Source: a candidate division WOR-1 bacterium RIFCSPHIGHO2_01_FULL_53_15
GTDB lineage: Bacteria > Margulisbacteria > WOR-1 > O2-12-FULL-45-9 > XYB2-FULL-48-7
NCBI GenBank assembly: GCA_001772335.1
Contig: METM01000029.1
Span: 8,401-72,400, forward strand
Reading direction: 5' to 3'
Length of the DNA stretch: 64,000 bases
Shown here: positions 27,156-36,395 of the stretch, piece after piece
How positions within the stretch are numbered: position 1 is the stretch's first letter
How the letters are laid out: every line of letters begins with the position of its first letter
The notes under the pieces: generated by a model
Seen by the model: only the letters and a program-made list of their open reading frames with translations
Told to the model about the DNA's origin: nothing
Databases searched by the model: none
Translations under genes and position numbers: made by a program

Positions 27156-27966
27156 AAAACTCCGCGATCTTTCGCAATGCATCGGCTTTCCCGCCGAAAC
27201 TTTTCAACGCTGAAATCGCTTTTATCTTTTCTTGCTCGGCTAAAGTTCTTGACTTTTCCAAGCCGATCAAACGAGGAAAACCCTTGCCGATATCGGCCTT
27301 GACCGGCTTGCCGATCTTTTCGGCTGTCGCCGTCACGTCAAGTATATCATCGGCGATCTGAAAGGCAAGACCGAGATGCTCCGCATATTTAGTCAGGGCT
27401 TTGATCTGCGCGGCTGACGCGCCGCAGATCAACGCGGAACCGCGCACGCAGGCCTTAAACAAAGCCGCCGTCTTCCAGCTGTGTATCTTTTTCAGATCGG
27501 CAAGAGAAACCTTCCTCTTTTTCGATTCAATATCGACCGCCTGCCCCTCGACCACCGTAAGCAGCGCCCGAGCCAATTCGCGCGCTGCCGCCGGCTGATC
27601 AGCGATGATCTCGAAAGCCAGCGTATTGAGCGCGTCGCCGGCCAGGATAGCGGCCGCTTCGCCGAAAACCTTGTGACACGCTGGCTTGCCGCGGCGGAAA
27701 TCTGAGTTGTCCATCGCCGGCAGATCGTCATGAATAAGGGTAAAAGTGTGGATCAGCTCGACAGCGCAGGCAAAGGGGAGAACTTTTTTCTCCGGACGGC
27801 CAAGGACTTTAGCCGTCGCCAGGCAAAGTACGGGGCGAAAGCGCTTACCCCCGGCAAAGACAGAATACCTCATCGCCTTTGCCAATTTACCTTTTCTTGG
27901 CAGATAGCGATCGAGTTCGCGGTCTATTCTTTTTTTACCGCCTGACAGTAATGCCTCGATCCCCAA
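27139..27966 (-). CDS. ispA: polyprenyl diphosphate synthase (FPP/GGPP synthase type)
   Basis: First DDxxD region [19 protein letters not shown] and second FQIADDILD. Confidence 0.85.
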   Translation of the reverse strand: MGIEALLSGGKKRIDRELDRYLPRKGKLAKAMRYSVFAGGKRFRPVLCLATAKVLGRPEKKVLPFACAVELIHTFTLIHDDLPAMDNSDFRRGKPACHKVFGEAAAILAGDALNTLAFEIIADQPAAARELARALLTVVEGQAVDIESKKRKVSLADLKKIHSWKTAALFKACVRGSALICGASAAQIKALTKYAEHLGLAFQIADDILDVTATAEKIGKPVKADIGKGFPRLIGLEKSRTLAEQEKIKAISALKSFGGKADALRKIAEFYVLSK

Positions 27967-28708
27967 GATAATCCTTTATCTCCTTTATAGTCATCTCTTT
28001 ATAATGTAGGATCGAAGCGAGCAAAGCCGCGTCCGCCTTGCCTTTAACGAACGCCTCATAGACATGCTCGTTCTTCCCCGCCCCGCCGGAGGCAATGACC
28101 GGGACTTCGACCGCGTCTGCAATCGCCCGCGTCAACTCCAATTCATAGCCGGCCTTTGTCCCGTCCCGGTCCATGCTCGTCAGGAGTATCTCTCCCGCCC
28201 CGAGCTTAACCGCTTTCTTCGCCCACTCGACCGCATCAAGTCCCGTCGGCGTCCGCCCGCCGTGCGTGTAAACTTCCCAAGTCGTCCCTCGTCCTTCGTC
28301 TTTCGTCCTTCGTTTCGCGTCTATCGCTAAAACCACACACTGGCTCCCAAACTTTTCGGCCCCCTTCTCGATCAGTGATGGGTCGCGCACCGCCGCCGTA
28401 TTGACGGAGATCTTGTCGGCTCCGGCGGAGAGCAATTCTCTCATCGTTTCGACATCATAGATCCCGCCGCCGACGGTGAAAGGGATAAAGATCGTCTCAG
28501 CGACTTTCTTGACGACCTCGAGCATGATATATCTTTTATCGGAAGAAGCGGTAATATCGAGGAACACAAGTTCATCGGCTCCCTCTTTATCATAGACGGC
28601 CGCTAACTCGACCGGGTCGCCCGCGTCCTTGAGATCGACAAATTTCGTCCCCTTGACGACGCGCCCTTCGGTCACGTCAAGGCAGGGAATTATTCTTTTG
28701 GCTAACAT
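27935..28708 (-). CDS. hisF: imidazole glycerol phosphate synthase cyclase subunit HisF-family protein
   Basis: [12 protein letters not shown]...[13 protein letters not shown]...SVNTAAV...ASGGAG. Start at MLAKRI (28708). No other his genes are adjacent. Confidence 0.8.
   Translation of the reverse strand: MLAKRIIPCLDVTEGRVVKGTKFVDLKDAGDPVELAAVYDKEGADELVFLDITASSDKRYIMLEVVKKVAETIFIPFTVGGGIYDVETMRELLSAGADKISVNTAAVRDPSLIEKGAEKFGSQCVVLAIDAKRRTKDEGRGTTWEVYTHGGRTPTGLDAVEWAKKAVKLGAGEILLTSMDRDGTKAGYELELTRAIADAVEVPVIASGGAGKNEHVYEAFVKGKADAALLASILHYKEMTIKEIKDYLGDRGITVRR
28281..28322. repeat. tandem heptamers (TTCGTCC type) inside hisF
   Basis: GTCGTCC CTCGTCC TTCGTCT TTCGTCC TTCGTTT CGCGTCT. It encodes [12 protein letters not shown]. 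Confidence 0.75.
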
Positions 28709-29436
28709 CTCAAAGACCTTGTCTTGAAAAGCAGATATTTTTCTATCTTTTGCCATGAAGTGTTAACCACTTCATCCTCGGTCAGGCCGGCTTCTTTGAC
28801 CAGCTTAAGCGCGCTGTCAAAGACGCCCAGCATGCTCGAGATGTGCGAATCGGTGCCAAGCACCACTTTCCAGCCCTGCTTTTTCACTTCGCGCGCGACC
28901 TCGAGACAGCGCTCACAGCTGCCGGGGCGCGATAGGTCGGAACTATTATTGATCTCGATCAGCACGCCAGCCGCCTTGGCCGCCGCGACGGTCTCTTTGA
29001 TCTTGACCGGATATCGGGGGTTGCCGGGATGGGCGACGACGTTGACGATCGGATTTTGCATGGCCCTGATGAGCACTTCGGTGTTCTTTTCCTCGCCCTG
29101 GCCTTCTTCGTAGCCGACGCGCGGATGCATCGCCGCCATGACGATATCGAGCTCGCCCCATTTGAGGTCTTCGGGCTTCATGTCGATCTCGCCGGCCTCA
29201 TTAATAATATTGGCCTCGATGCCGCGCAGAATTTTTATGCCGTCGATCTCGCGCGGGATCATCCGCATGTTGGAAAAATGGTAATAATGCGGGCCGCCCG
29301 GCATGGCCGGGCCGTGGTCGGCGACGGCGAACCCCTCAAGCCCAATCTTTTTGGCCTGGCGGACATATTCTTCCAGCGTGGAATAAGCGTGGCCGGAGGA
29401 AACCGTGTGGACGTGGAGATCGGCGACGAGCTTCAT
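28702..29436 (-). CDS. PHP-domain phosphoesterase, YcdX-like
   Basis: [50 protein letters not shown] closely follows the YcdX pattern (DLHMHTVASTHAYSTL...). Confidence 0.8.
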   Translation of the reverse strand: MKLVADLHVHTVSSGHAYSTLEEYVRQAKKIGLEGFAVADHGPAMPGGPHYYHFSNMRMIPREIDGIKILRGIEANIINEAGEIDMKPEDLKWGELDIVMAAMHPRVGYEEGQGEEKNTEVLIRAMQNPIVNVVAHPGNPRYPVKIKETVAAAKAAGVLIEINNSSDLSRPGSCERCLEVAREVKKQGWKVVLGTDSHISSMLGVFDSALKLVKEAGLTEDEVVNTSWQKIEKYLLFKTRSLRC

Positions 29437-30176
29437 GAAAGCTTTTCGATCTCAGCGTCGGAGATGTCAAAATTAGCATGGACCGCCTGGACGTCGTCGT
29501 GGTCTTCCAGATTGCCGACCAATTTCAGCGCCTTTTGCGCCGTCTCACCGACTAACTTGACCGTCGTCGTTGGGTGCATGGTGATCTCCGCCGAGGCGGG
29601 AGTAAAGCCGGCCTTTTGCAGGGCGTCCCTGACCTTCTCAAAATCATCAGGTTTGGTCATAACTTCGATCGTCGTTTCCTCGGGCAGAACGTCTTCCGCT
29701 CCGGCATCAATCGCGGCCATGGTCAGCTTTTCTTCATCGACCGAAGCTTTGTTGAAAACGAGACTGCCGACCCTCTTAAATATGTAAGAGACACTCCCCG
29801 CCGCACCGAGGTTGCCGCCCCCTTTTTCGAGAATATTCCTGATCTCGCCGGCCGCCCGGTTACGATTGTCCGTCATCACCTCGATCATGATGGCGACGCC
29901 GCCCGGCCCGTACCCTTCGTAGGTGAGCTCTTCCATGATCGTGCCGCCGCCGCCGGTGCCCTTTTCGACCGCCCGTTTGATGTTATCGCCCGGCATATTG
30001 GCCGCTTTGGCTTTGTCAATCGCCAGGCGCAGGCGCGGGTTGCCGCTCGGGTCGCCGCCGCCGATCTTGGCGGCGGTCGTTATCTCTTTGATGATCTTGG
30101 TGAAAACCTTACCACGCTGGGCGTCGGTTTTTGCCTTGGCATGTTTGATCGTGGCCCATTTGGAGTGTCCTGACAC
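29433..30176 (-). CDS. yebC: YebC/PmpR-family transcriptional regulator
   Basis: [27 protein letters not shown] is the family signature; 247 aa. Confidence 0.9.
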   Translation of the reverse strand: MSGHSKWATIKHAKAKTDAQRGKVFTKIIKEITTAAKIGGGDPSGNPRLRLAIDKAKAANMPGDNIKRAVEKGTGGGGTIMEELTYEGYGPGGVAIMIEVMTDNRNRAAGEIRNILEKGGGNLGAAGSVSYIFKRVGSLVFNKASVDEEKLTMAAIDAGAEDVLPEETTIEVMTKPDDFEKVRDALQKAGFTPASAEITMHPTTTVKLVGETAQKALKLVGNLEDHDDVQAVHANFDISDAEIEKLS

Positions 30177-30219
30177 AGTACGTTATTTTATCACAAAATT
30201 ATCAGAGCAGGAAGTGGAA

Positions 30220-31614
30220 CTAGAGGGCGGCGATCCCGATCTTCCCCAGCGCTTTCATATATAAGGAGACATACTTCTTGGCCGAGGCGTCCCAGGAATA
30301 GTCGAGCTGCATGATCTTTTCCTGGAGCGGTTTCCAGAGCGTCTTTTTGTGGAAGGTCTCGATCGCCCTTTTCACGGCGGCCAACAGAGCTCTCGAGCTG
30401 TATTCCTCAAAAACGAAACCCTCGCCTTCGCCGGTCCTGGAATTGAAATCGTGGACGGTGTCGGCCAGGCCGCCGGTCTTCCTGACGACGGGGATCGTGC
30501 CGTACTTAAAGCTGATGAGCTGGCCCAGGCCGCACGGCTCGTAGCGGCTGGGCATCATGAACATGTCGGCTCCGGCGTAGATGAGCTCGGCCAGGCTGGC
30601 GTCAAAAGAGAGATTGACCCCGATATGATCGGGATAATTCCGCTTCATCTTCAAAAGCAGGTCATGATATTTCTTGTCGCCGACGCCCAGGACTACGATC
30701 TGGCAATGCTCATCCATAATCCCCTGAAGAGCGCCGGAGAGGATGTCAAAGCCCTTCTGGTCGGCCAGGCGCGTGATCAGGCCGATGACCGGCGTCTCTT
30801 TTTTCTGCGGCAGGCCGTTGTGCTTTTGCAGTTCGATCTTGTTCCCGATCTTGAGAGAAAGCGTCGCCGGGCTGAAGCGCTTGGGAATATTCTTGTCGGT
30901 CGCCGGGTTCCAGATGTCGTAGTCGATGCCGTTGACAATGCCGAAAACGTCGGCCGAGCGGGCGCGCAGCAGCCCGTCCAAACCGTGGCCAAATTCCTTT
31001 GTCTGGATCTCCTGCGCGTAAGTTTCTGACACCGTGTTGATGACATCGGCGTAAACAAAGCCGGCCTTGGTCAGCGCGATATTGCCCCAGAATTCCAGCG
31101 CCTCCGGTTTGAACTGGTCCCAGCTGAGACCTGTCAGCGGCAGTTTTTCTTTAGGAAACATGCCGAGATAACCCATGTTGTGGATCGAATAAACCGCGGC
31201 CGTCCTTTTAAAAAGAAGATCGTCCTTGTAAATGACTTTCAGATAGGCAATGACCAGCGCCGATTGCCAATCATTACAGTGAATTACGTCAGGTATCCAA
31301 CCGAGTTTTTTCAAAAAAGGGAAGACGGACTGGCAAAAAGCGGAGAATCTTTCTAAATTGTCCGGATAATCGACACCCTTGACCTGATAGAGTTCTTCCC
31401 GGCTGCCAAAGTATTTCTCGTGCTCAAAGAAATAGATGGGGACTTTACTGCCGGGCAGGAATTTTTCCGGCTTAATTTTCTTGTAGCGCGGCAGATAGAC
31501 GCGGACATCGTGCCCGATCCCCTTGAGCGCCTTGGGGAGCGACCCGGCCACGTCGGCCAGGCCGCCCGTCTTGGCGAACGGCACGACCTCGGATGAGATG
31601 AAAATGATCTTCAT
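30220..31614 (-). CDS. glgA: glycogen synthase (GT5, NDP-glucose dependent)
   Basis: MKIIFISSEVVPFAKTGGLADVAGSLPKAL start and C-terminal PSRYEPCGL / TGGLADTV. The start ATG at 31614 overlaps the upstream stop as ATGA. The 620-aa ORF extension was rejected. Confidence 0.9.
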   Translation of the reverse strand: MKIIFISSEVVPFAKTGGLADVAGSLPKALKGIGHDVRVYLPRYKKIKPEKFLPGSKVPIYFFEHEKYFGSREELYQVKGVDYPDNLERFSAFCQSVFPFLKKLGWIPDVIHCNDWQSALVIAYLKVIYKDDLLFKRTAAVYSIHNMGYLGMFPKEKLPLTGLSWDQFKPEALEFWGNIALTKAGFVYADVINTVSETYAQEIQTKEFGHGLDGLLRARSADVFGIVNGIDYDIWNPATDKNIPKRFSPATLSLKIGNKIELQKHNGLPQKKETPVIGLITRLADQKGFDILSGALQGIMDEHCQIVVLGVGDKKYHDLLLKMKRNYPDHIGVNLSFDASLAELIYAGADMFMMPSRYEPCGLGQLISFKYGTIPVVRKTGGLADTVHDFNSRTGEGEGFVFEEYSSRALLAAVKRAIETFHKKTLWKPLQEKIMQLDYSWDASAKKYVSLYMKALGKIGIAAL

Positions 31615-33953
31615 AAGATCGAGTCGATCTTTTCGACGTATTTGTCGATCAGCTTTTGCGCCTGTTTTTCGCTGTCCGCTTCGGCGTAGAGATGGATGAT
31701 GGGACGCTGCGGGTCTGGCAGGATGAGCGCCCAGTCGTTGCCATGAAAGACCTTGACCCCGTCGGTCAGATCGACCTCCTCGTCGGCGACCGAATCGACG
31801 ATCGAGCGCAGGACTTTCCCTTTCTGCTCTGAAGCGCAGGAGACCTCTTTGCTGGCCATATAGATGCGGGGGACCTGCGCCGCCACCTCCGAGAGTTTGA
31901 CGTTCTCTTTCGCCAGCATCTCGAGCAGTTTGAGCGAGGCAAACATCGCGTCGAAGGCGCACTGGAACTGCGGGAAGATAAAGCCGCCGGTCGACTCGCC
32001 CAGGAACTGCATGCGCCCCTTGTAGCAATTCTCCATCATGTCGCGCACGCTTGTCTTCGTCCTGATGACCTTTGCCCCGCACTGTTTGGCCGCCTCATCG
32101 ATCACGCGGCTGGCCTTGACCGGCACGCCGATCTCTTTGGCCTTCTGCGAGCGGCAGAAGAGGATCGTCATGATGGCCAGCTCAAGGTCGCCCTGGATCA
32201 GGCGCCCCTTTTCGTCGCAGAGGAATATTTTCTCCGCGCCGGTATCGAGCATGATGCCAAGGTCAGCGTCAAGCGACTTGACGATCGAGGAAAGCTGGCA
32301 GTGGGCTTTTTCGAACATGACGCGCGTCTTGGTGATCTTGGTCTCGTCGATATGGGCGTTGAGCGCGATGACCTCGATGCCGAGCTCGCCCAGGATGGCG
32401 GGAAATATTTGCGAAGCCGAGCTGTAGGCGTAATCGACGACTACTTTAAAGTTGCGGGCGGTGATCACTTCTTTGTCGAGTCCGCCGAGAACCCCTTCCT
32501 TGTACGACTCGGCCACGCGGTGGTAAGGGAAATTGAGCTCGCCGACCTCATCGACGCCGCCGCGCTTAAAATCCTCGCCGAAGAAAAGACGCTCGATCTT
32601 TTTCTCGTGGCCCGACGGCAGGTCCATGCCGTTCTCGTCGAAGAACTTGATGTCGATGACTTGCTGGTCGTAGGGTGATTTGCGCACGTGGAAGCCGCCG
32701 CGGCTCTTGAGCGCTTTCAGCTCGTAGCGATTGACCGGGATAGGCACCATCTCGAGGTCGGAAACATCGACGCCGGCCGAAAGGACGCCGGAGAGGAGCG
32801 CCCGGTAGATCATGCGCGACGACTTGTGCGAGTCGCGCGAAGTCGAGATGCGGCTCCCTTTGCCGAGGAACGCGCCGTAGGCGGCGCCCAGCGTCGCGGC
32901 AAATTCGGGCGTCATCTCGACATTGCAAAGGCCGGTCACGCCGTAGGGGCCGAAAATATTCCTGGCCCAGCGCTCGCGCCAGACCATCGAGCGCGAGACG
33001 ACCGCCCCCGCTTCGATCACGCGGTGCGGCCAGATCTTGACGTATGGCTTGATCTTGGCGTCGGCGCCGATATTGCACTCTTCGCCGATGACGACCCCCT
33101 CTTCGCAGAGCACGCGGTCGCCGATCGCGGTGTCGCGGGCCACGATCGTCTTCTCCAGCCGGGCTTCTACCCCGATCGAAACATTGTCCCAGACGACGCA
33201 CTGGTCAAGCTTGGCGCTTTTCGCGATCGCGCACTTTTTACCGATCGAATTGCCGCCGGCGATCTCCACATTGACATTGATATATTCATTTAAACTGCCG
33301 ATATCTTTCCAGCGCCCCTGCGCGACAAAGCCATAGAGCGGCTTGCCTTCCTGCAGTAAACGGGGGAAGAGGTCCTGGCTGAAGTCGACGGAACGGCCGG
33401 TCGGGATATATTCGAAAACGGCCGGGTCAAGGATATAGATGCCGCAGTTGATCGTGTCGGAAAAGACCTCGCTCCAGGATGGCTTCTCAAGGAAATGTTT
33501 GATCCGCCCGTCCTTGCCGGTGATGACGATGCCGTATTGCAGGGGATTGGCGACGCGTGTCAGCACCAGTGTCGCCATCGCTTGCTTGTCGTTGTGGAAC
33601 TTGATGATCTCCGCGAGATCAAAATCGGTGATCAGGTCGGCGCTGATGACGAGGAACGGCTCAGCGAAATTCTGGGCCGCGAAGCGGACGGCGCCGGCCG
33701 TGCCGTAGTCCTCCTTGGCCTCGACGTATGAAATATTGACGCCGAATTTTTTCCCGTCGCCGAAATAGTCCTTGATCGTCTCCGGCTGGTGGTAAAGCAG
33801 GGCGGTGATATCCTTGATCTTGTGCTTGCGCAATAGATAGACGACATATTCCATCAGGGGCTGGTTGGCCACTGGGATCATCGGCTTCGGGATATTGACT
33901 GTGAGCGGATGGAGGCGGGTGCCGAGGCCGCCGGCCAGGACTATGGCTTTCAT
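31611..33953 (-). CDS. fusion protein: sugar-1-phosphate nucleotidyltransferase + left-handed beta-helix + divergent phosphohexomutase-like module
   Basis: 780 aa. N-terminus MKAIVLAGGLGTRLHPLT...PKPMIPV, hexapeptide region at about aa 250-330, then a PGM/PMM-like region with sugar loop GESTGG but altered Ser, metal and phosphate loops. Confidence 0.75.
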   Translation of the reverse strand: MKAIVLAGGLGTRLHPLTVNIPKPMIPVANQPLMEYVVYLLRKHKIKDITALLYHQPETIKDYFGDGKKFGVNISYVEAKEDYGTAGAVRFAAQNFAEPFLVISADLITDFDLAEIIKFHNDKQAMATLVLTRVANPLQYGIVITGKDGRIKHFLEKPSWSEVFSDTINCGIYILDPAVFEYIPTGRSVDFSQDLFPRLLQEGKPLYGFVAQGRWKDIGSLNEYINVNVEIAGGNSIGKKCAIAKSAKLDQCVVWDNVSIGVEARLEKTIVARDTAIGDRVLCEEGVVIGEECNIGADAKIKPYVKIWPHRVIEAGAVVSRSMVWRERWARNIFGPYGVTGLCNVEMTPEFAATLGAAYGAFLGKGSRISTSRDSHKSSRMIYRALLSGVLSAGVDVSDLEMVPIPVNRYELKALKSRGGFHVRKSPYDQQVIDIKFFDENGMDLPSGHEKKIERLFFGEDFKRGGVDEVGELNFPYHRVAESYKEGVLGGLDKEVITARNFKVVVDYAYSSASQIFPAILGELGIEVIALNAHIDETKITKTRVMFEKAHCQLSSIVKSLDADLGIMLDTGAEKIFLCDEKGRLIQGDLELAIMTILFCRSQKAKEIGVPVKASRVIDEAAKQCGAKVIRTKTSVRDMMENCYKGRMQFLGESTGGFIFPQFQCAFDAMFASLKLLEMLAKENVKLSEVAAQVPRIYMASKEVSCASEQKGKVLRSIVDSVADEEVDLTDGVKVFHGNDWALILPDPQRPIIHLYAEADSEKQAQKLIDKYVEKIDSIL

Positions 33954-34046
33954 TTACTCAACCCCTCCGGAACCTGCGAATAAATCTCGCGCCAGGTTAA
34001 ATCCTCTTATAAATACCGTTTTCATTCCTTAACCACATTAAGAAAA

Positions 34047-34991
34047 CTATTTAATAGTTTTCAAGAGCCTAATAAATCCGGCAGTATTAACAAAATAGTT
34101 GTTCTTATTTTGACGAAGATACCTGTAAATATCCCTCTTCGCTTTTGACATCTTATTGTCGCACGAAGCATTTATAAGCTCGTTAAACATTATCCCATCT
34201 AAAAATGCCACGTAAGAGATATTCTTGTCGGTATATTTCAAGAAGTCAACAAGCTCAACAATTTGACTATATTGTCCTCCGCCGCTACCCTTTTTATGCT
34301 TATGCTCAATAATCCAGGCGTTGGATGCTTTTTGTATATAAAAATCTGGCATTTTGCCTTGTTTGGATTTACTCCATCTAAATTTAACATTATGTTTACT
34401 GCAAATATCCCTAAAATATTTATTATCACCTCGATCAGGCAATAAATAGAATGTGTCTTTATCGAAATCATTATCGTTATTAATTCTCTTGAAACCCGCG
34501 CTTTCAACTAGCGCAGCAATCTTGCTTACGCCGGTTTTGCCAGCCCTTTTATGCGAATAGTTATCGGCTAATACTTGCAATACAATATTGGAATATCCAT
34601 GCGATAGATACATTTGATGTCTGTCATTTATATATTTATTGATTAATTCGCGCAATAAGGGCATTCTATCTTCTTCTCTCTCGCAACTCAAAGATGAATA
34701 CGGCATATCCCAAACCATTAAATACTGGGCGAAAGCTGTATAATTCATATGGCTATTGTTAAAAAGGATGGAATCAATTTCGCCCACAAGGTCGTCTTCT
34801 TGTTTTTTTGACAGTTTTCCCCGCATTGTTTGATATGAGGTAATCAAACCGATAAGACGCTCATTATTCTTAATTGGCTTATTTGTCTTGTGTGCGTCTT
34901 TTGTGATAATAATTTTCTCTTTTTTGTTAGCGTCATCAAATATGTGCTCGGTATTTTTCAGTGAATATTCGAACAATTCGATATTGTCCAT
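34047..34991 (-). CDS. putative type II restriction endonuclease (PD-(D/E)xK)
   Basis: 314 aa, AT-rich. MPDFYIQKASNAWIIEHK gives PD...x12...ExK. AGGAGGG SD lies 7 nt before the ATG. It overlaps the 3' end of the methyltransferase gene by 34 nt. Confidence 0.55.
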   Translation of the reverse strand: MDNIELFEYSLKNTEHIFDDANKKEKIIITKDAHKTNKPIKNNERLIGLITSYQTMRGKLSKKQEDDLVGEIDSILFNNSHMNYTAFAQYLMVWDMPYSSLSCEREEDRMPLLRELINKYINDRHQMYLSHGYSNIVLQVLADNYSHKRAGKTGVSKIAALVESAGFKRINNDNDFDKDTFYLLPDRGDNKYFRDICSKHNVKFRWSKSKQGKMPDFYIQKASNAWIIEHKHKKGSGGGQYSQIVELVDFLKYTDKNISYVAFLDGIMFNELINASCDNKMSKAKRDIYRYLRQNKNNYFVNTAGFIRLLKTIK

Positions 34992-35983
34992 AAAGTATCC
35001 CTCCTGTACACCTTCTCGTAAGCAATTTCAAGCATTGCTCGCGCTGTCTCATAATCTAAGCGCCTTCTTCTCCTGCCATTTTTCATGTTTCCCTTAAACG
35101 GAGACAACAATACATCTTTCGTTCTATCCCTAAAACCAAACAGCACTTTGTTGCACTCCTCGAGGAACAAATCTAATTCATTGCGATTTAATTTATTAAT
35201 ATTGATTAAAGTAATGAGCCGGGAACTTTGTTTAATGTTATTCAAATCATAATCTAATTCATCTTTTCTCATAAATTTAATCATGGAGTTGGGGTCCGTA
35301 GTATCAACTGCCCTTAAAGCGATATTCCCGGCCGAGTCATTAAACGCCATTTCAATATTTTTCGAAGGCTTGATCCTCATTTCCTCAAAGTACCTCAAAG
35401 TATTCAAGTATTCGTCGTTTTTATAAACTTTAATAGCTTTAGGATCCTTAACTCGGCCGTCGAAACAAAGCACACAAACCGGAGTTTCAGTGTCATCAAA
35501 GCAATTATCTTCAATAATCGTAATTGAGTTTAATTTATGTTTCTGCTTAAAATTACTATTAATAAACGTCTCCGGGACAATGGCAACCACGTATTTTTGC
35601 GTCTGAATCATTCTTTCCAGCGCGATCAAATAAATATCATCATATTCGGAATTAGAAAAATATCTTTCGACGCTCTGATAAACCCCCTTCCTCTTGGCGC
35701 TGTAATTAGTCAAGTATGGGGGATTGGTGATTATTATTGCATTATCAATGGTTGGGATATGCAGTAAGCTGTCGTTCTTTGCCCAATCGAGTTTTTCATC
35801 AATATCCAGCCCAATCGTTTCCTGAAAGCCAATACTGCGGGCGGCTTCCAATAAATGACCGTCACCGGCAAAAGGATCATATGCGACCGCCGCTTTCGTG
35901 CTAATAATAAATCTTTTGATATGCTCCTTCAGCCAAATATCTCTCTTGGTATTGAATTGACCGAAAATTATCTTTTTTGCCAT
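34958..35983 (-). CDS. N6-adenine DNA methyltransferase (motif I before motif IV)
   Basis: YDPFAGDGHLL (FxGxG-like SAM motif) and IIITNPPYL (NPPY catalytic motif); 341 aa; AT-rich. Confidence 0.8.
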   Translation of the reverse strand: MAKKIIFGQFNTKRDIWLKEHIKRFIISTKAAVAYDPFAGDGHLLEAARSIGFQETIGLDIDEKLDWAKNDSLLHIPTIDNAIIITNPPYLTNYSAKRKGVYQSVERYFSNSEYDDIYLIALERMIQTQKYVVAIVPETFINSNFKQKHKLNSITIIEDNCFDDTETPVCVLCFDGRVKDPKAIKVYKNDEYLNTLRYFEEMRIKPSKNIEMAFNDSAGNIALRAVDTTDPNSMIKFMRKDELDYDLNNIKQSSRLITLININKLNRNELDLFLEECNKVLFGFRDRTKDVLLSPFKGNMKNGRRRRRLDYETARAMLEIAYEKVYRRDTLWTISNCSNIH

Positions 35984-36008
35984 ACTATTTCATCTCTGTA
36001 TATTTGAT

Positions 36009-36395
36009 TCAATCAGTATTTTCGCCAACATTAACATAGCTTAAAGCCATAATCTTCCTAATATTCGCGCCAATATCTCCATGAGATTCGATTCTGATGT
36101 ACTTTGTTATCCCAGGATACTTCATAAAGCCAGCATCCTTAACGCCTTTATATTTTTGTTTCTTATTTAACGCGAAACCAACCTCAAGAAAATCTTTATT
36201 AAGATAGATAATAACAAATACCCTATCGGTCTTAATGTTGTAATATGTTACATAGATTGGGTAAATGTCAAAATCGATATTATTCTTTGCCAATCTTATT
36301 ATTGATTTATGCAAAGATAAATATAGCTTTTGCGTCCTATCGGAACATTTTCTCTTTAATTTTTCCGTCAGAAGAGTGCTATCAGAATTAATCAT
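36009..36395 (-). CDS. small DUF5655-like protein (function unknown) associated with the R-M module
   Basis: 128 aa, AT-rich. The YVTYYNIKTDRVFVIIYLNKDFLEVGFAL...YIRIESHGDIGANIRKIMALSY pattern resembles DUF5655 (recalled, not searched). The start overlaps the GH57 stop as ATGA. Confidence 0.4.
   Translation of the reverse strand: MINSDSTLLTEKLKRKCSDRTQKLYLSLHKSIIRLAKNNIDFDIYPIYVTYYNIKTDRVFVIIYLNKDFLEVGFALNKKQKYKGVKDAGFMKYPGITKYIRIESHGDIGANIRKIMALSYVNVGENTD

Noticed and set aside
31615-32082. N-terminal 155-aa extension of the 620-aa ORF containing glgA. Similar extensions occur on mlaF, pheA, murD, gap, ribE, dprA, hisF, the GH57 branching enzyme and the 19456-20064 ORF.
   Set aside because: The extensions overlap the upstream gene in another frame and are Arg/Pro-rich nonsense. 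Each is followed by an internal Met that reproduces the canonical family N-terminus, usually with an SD or an ATGA overlap. Starts were moved accordingly.
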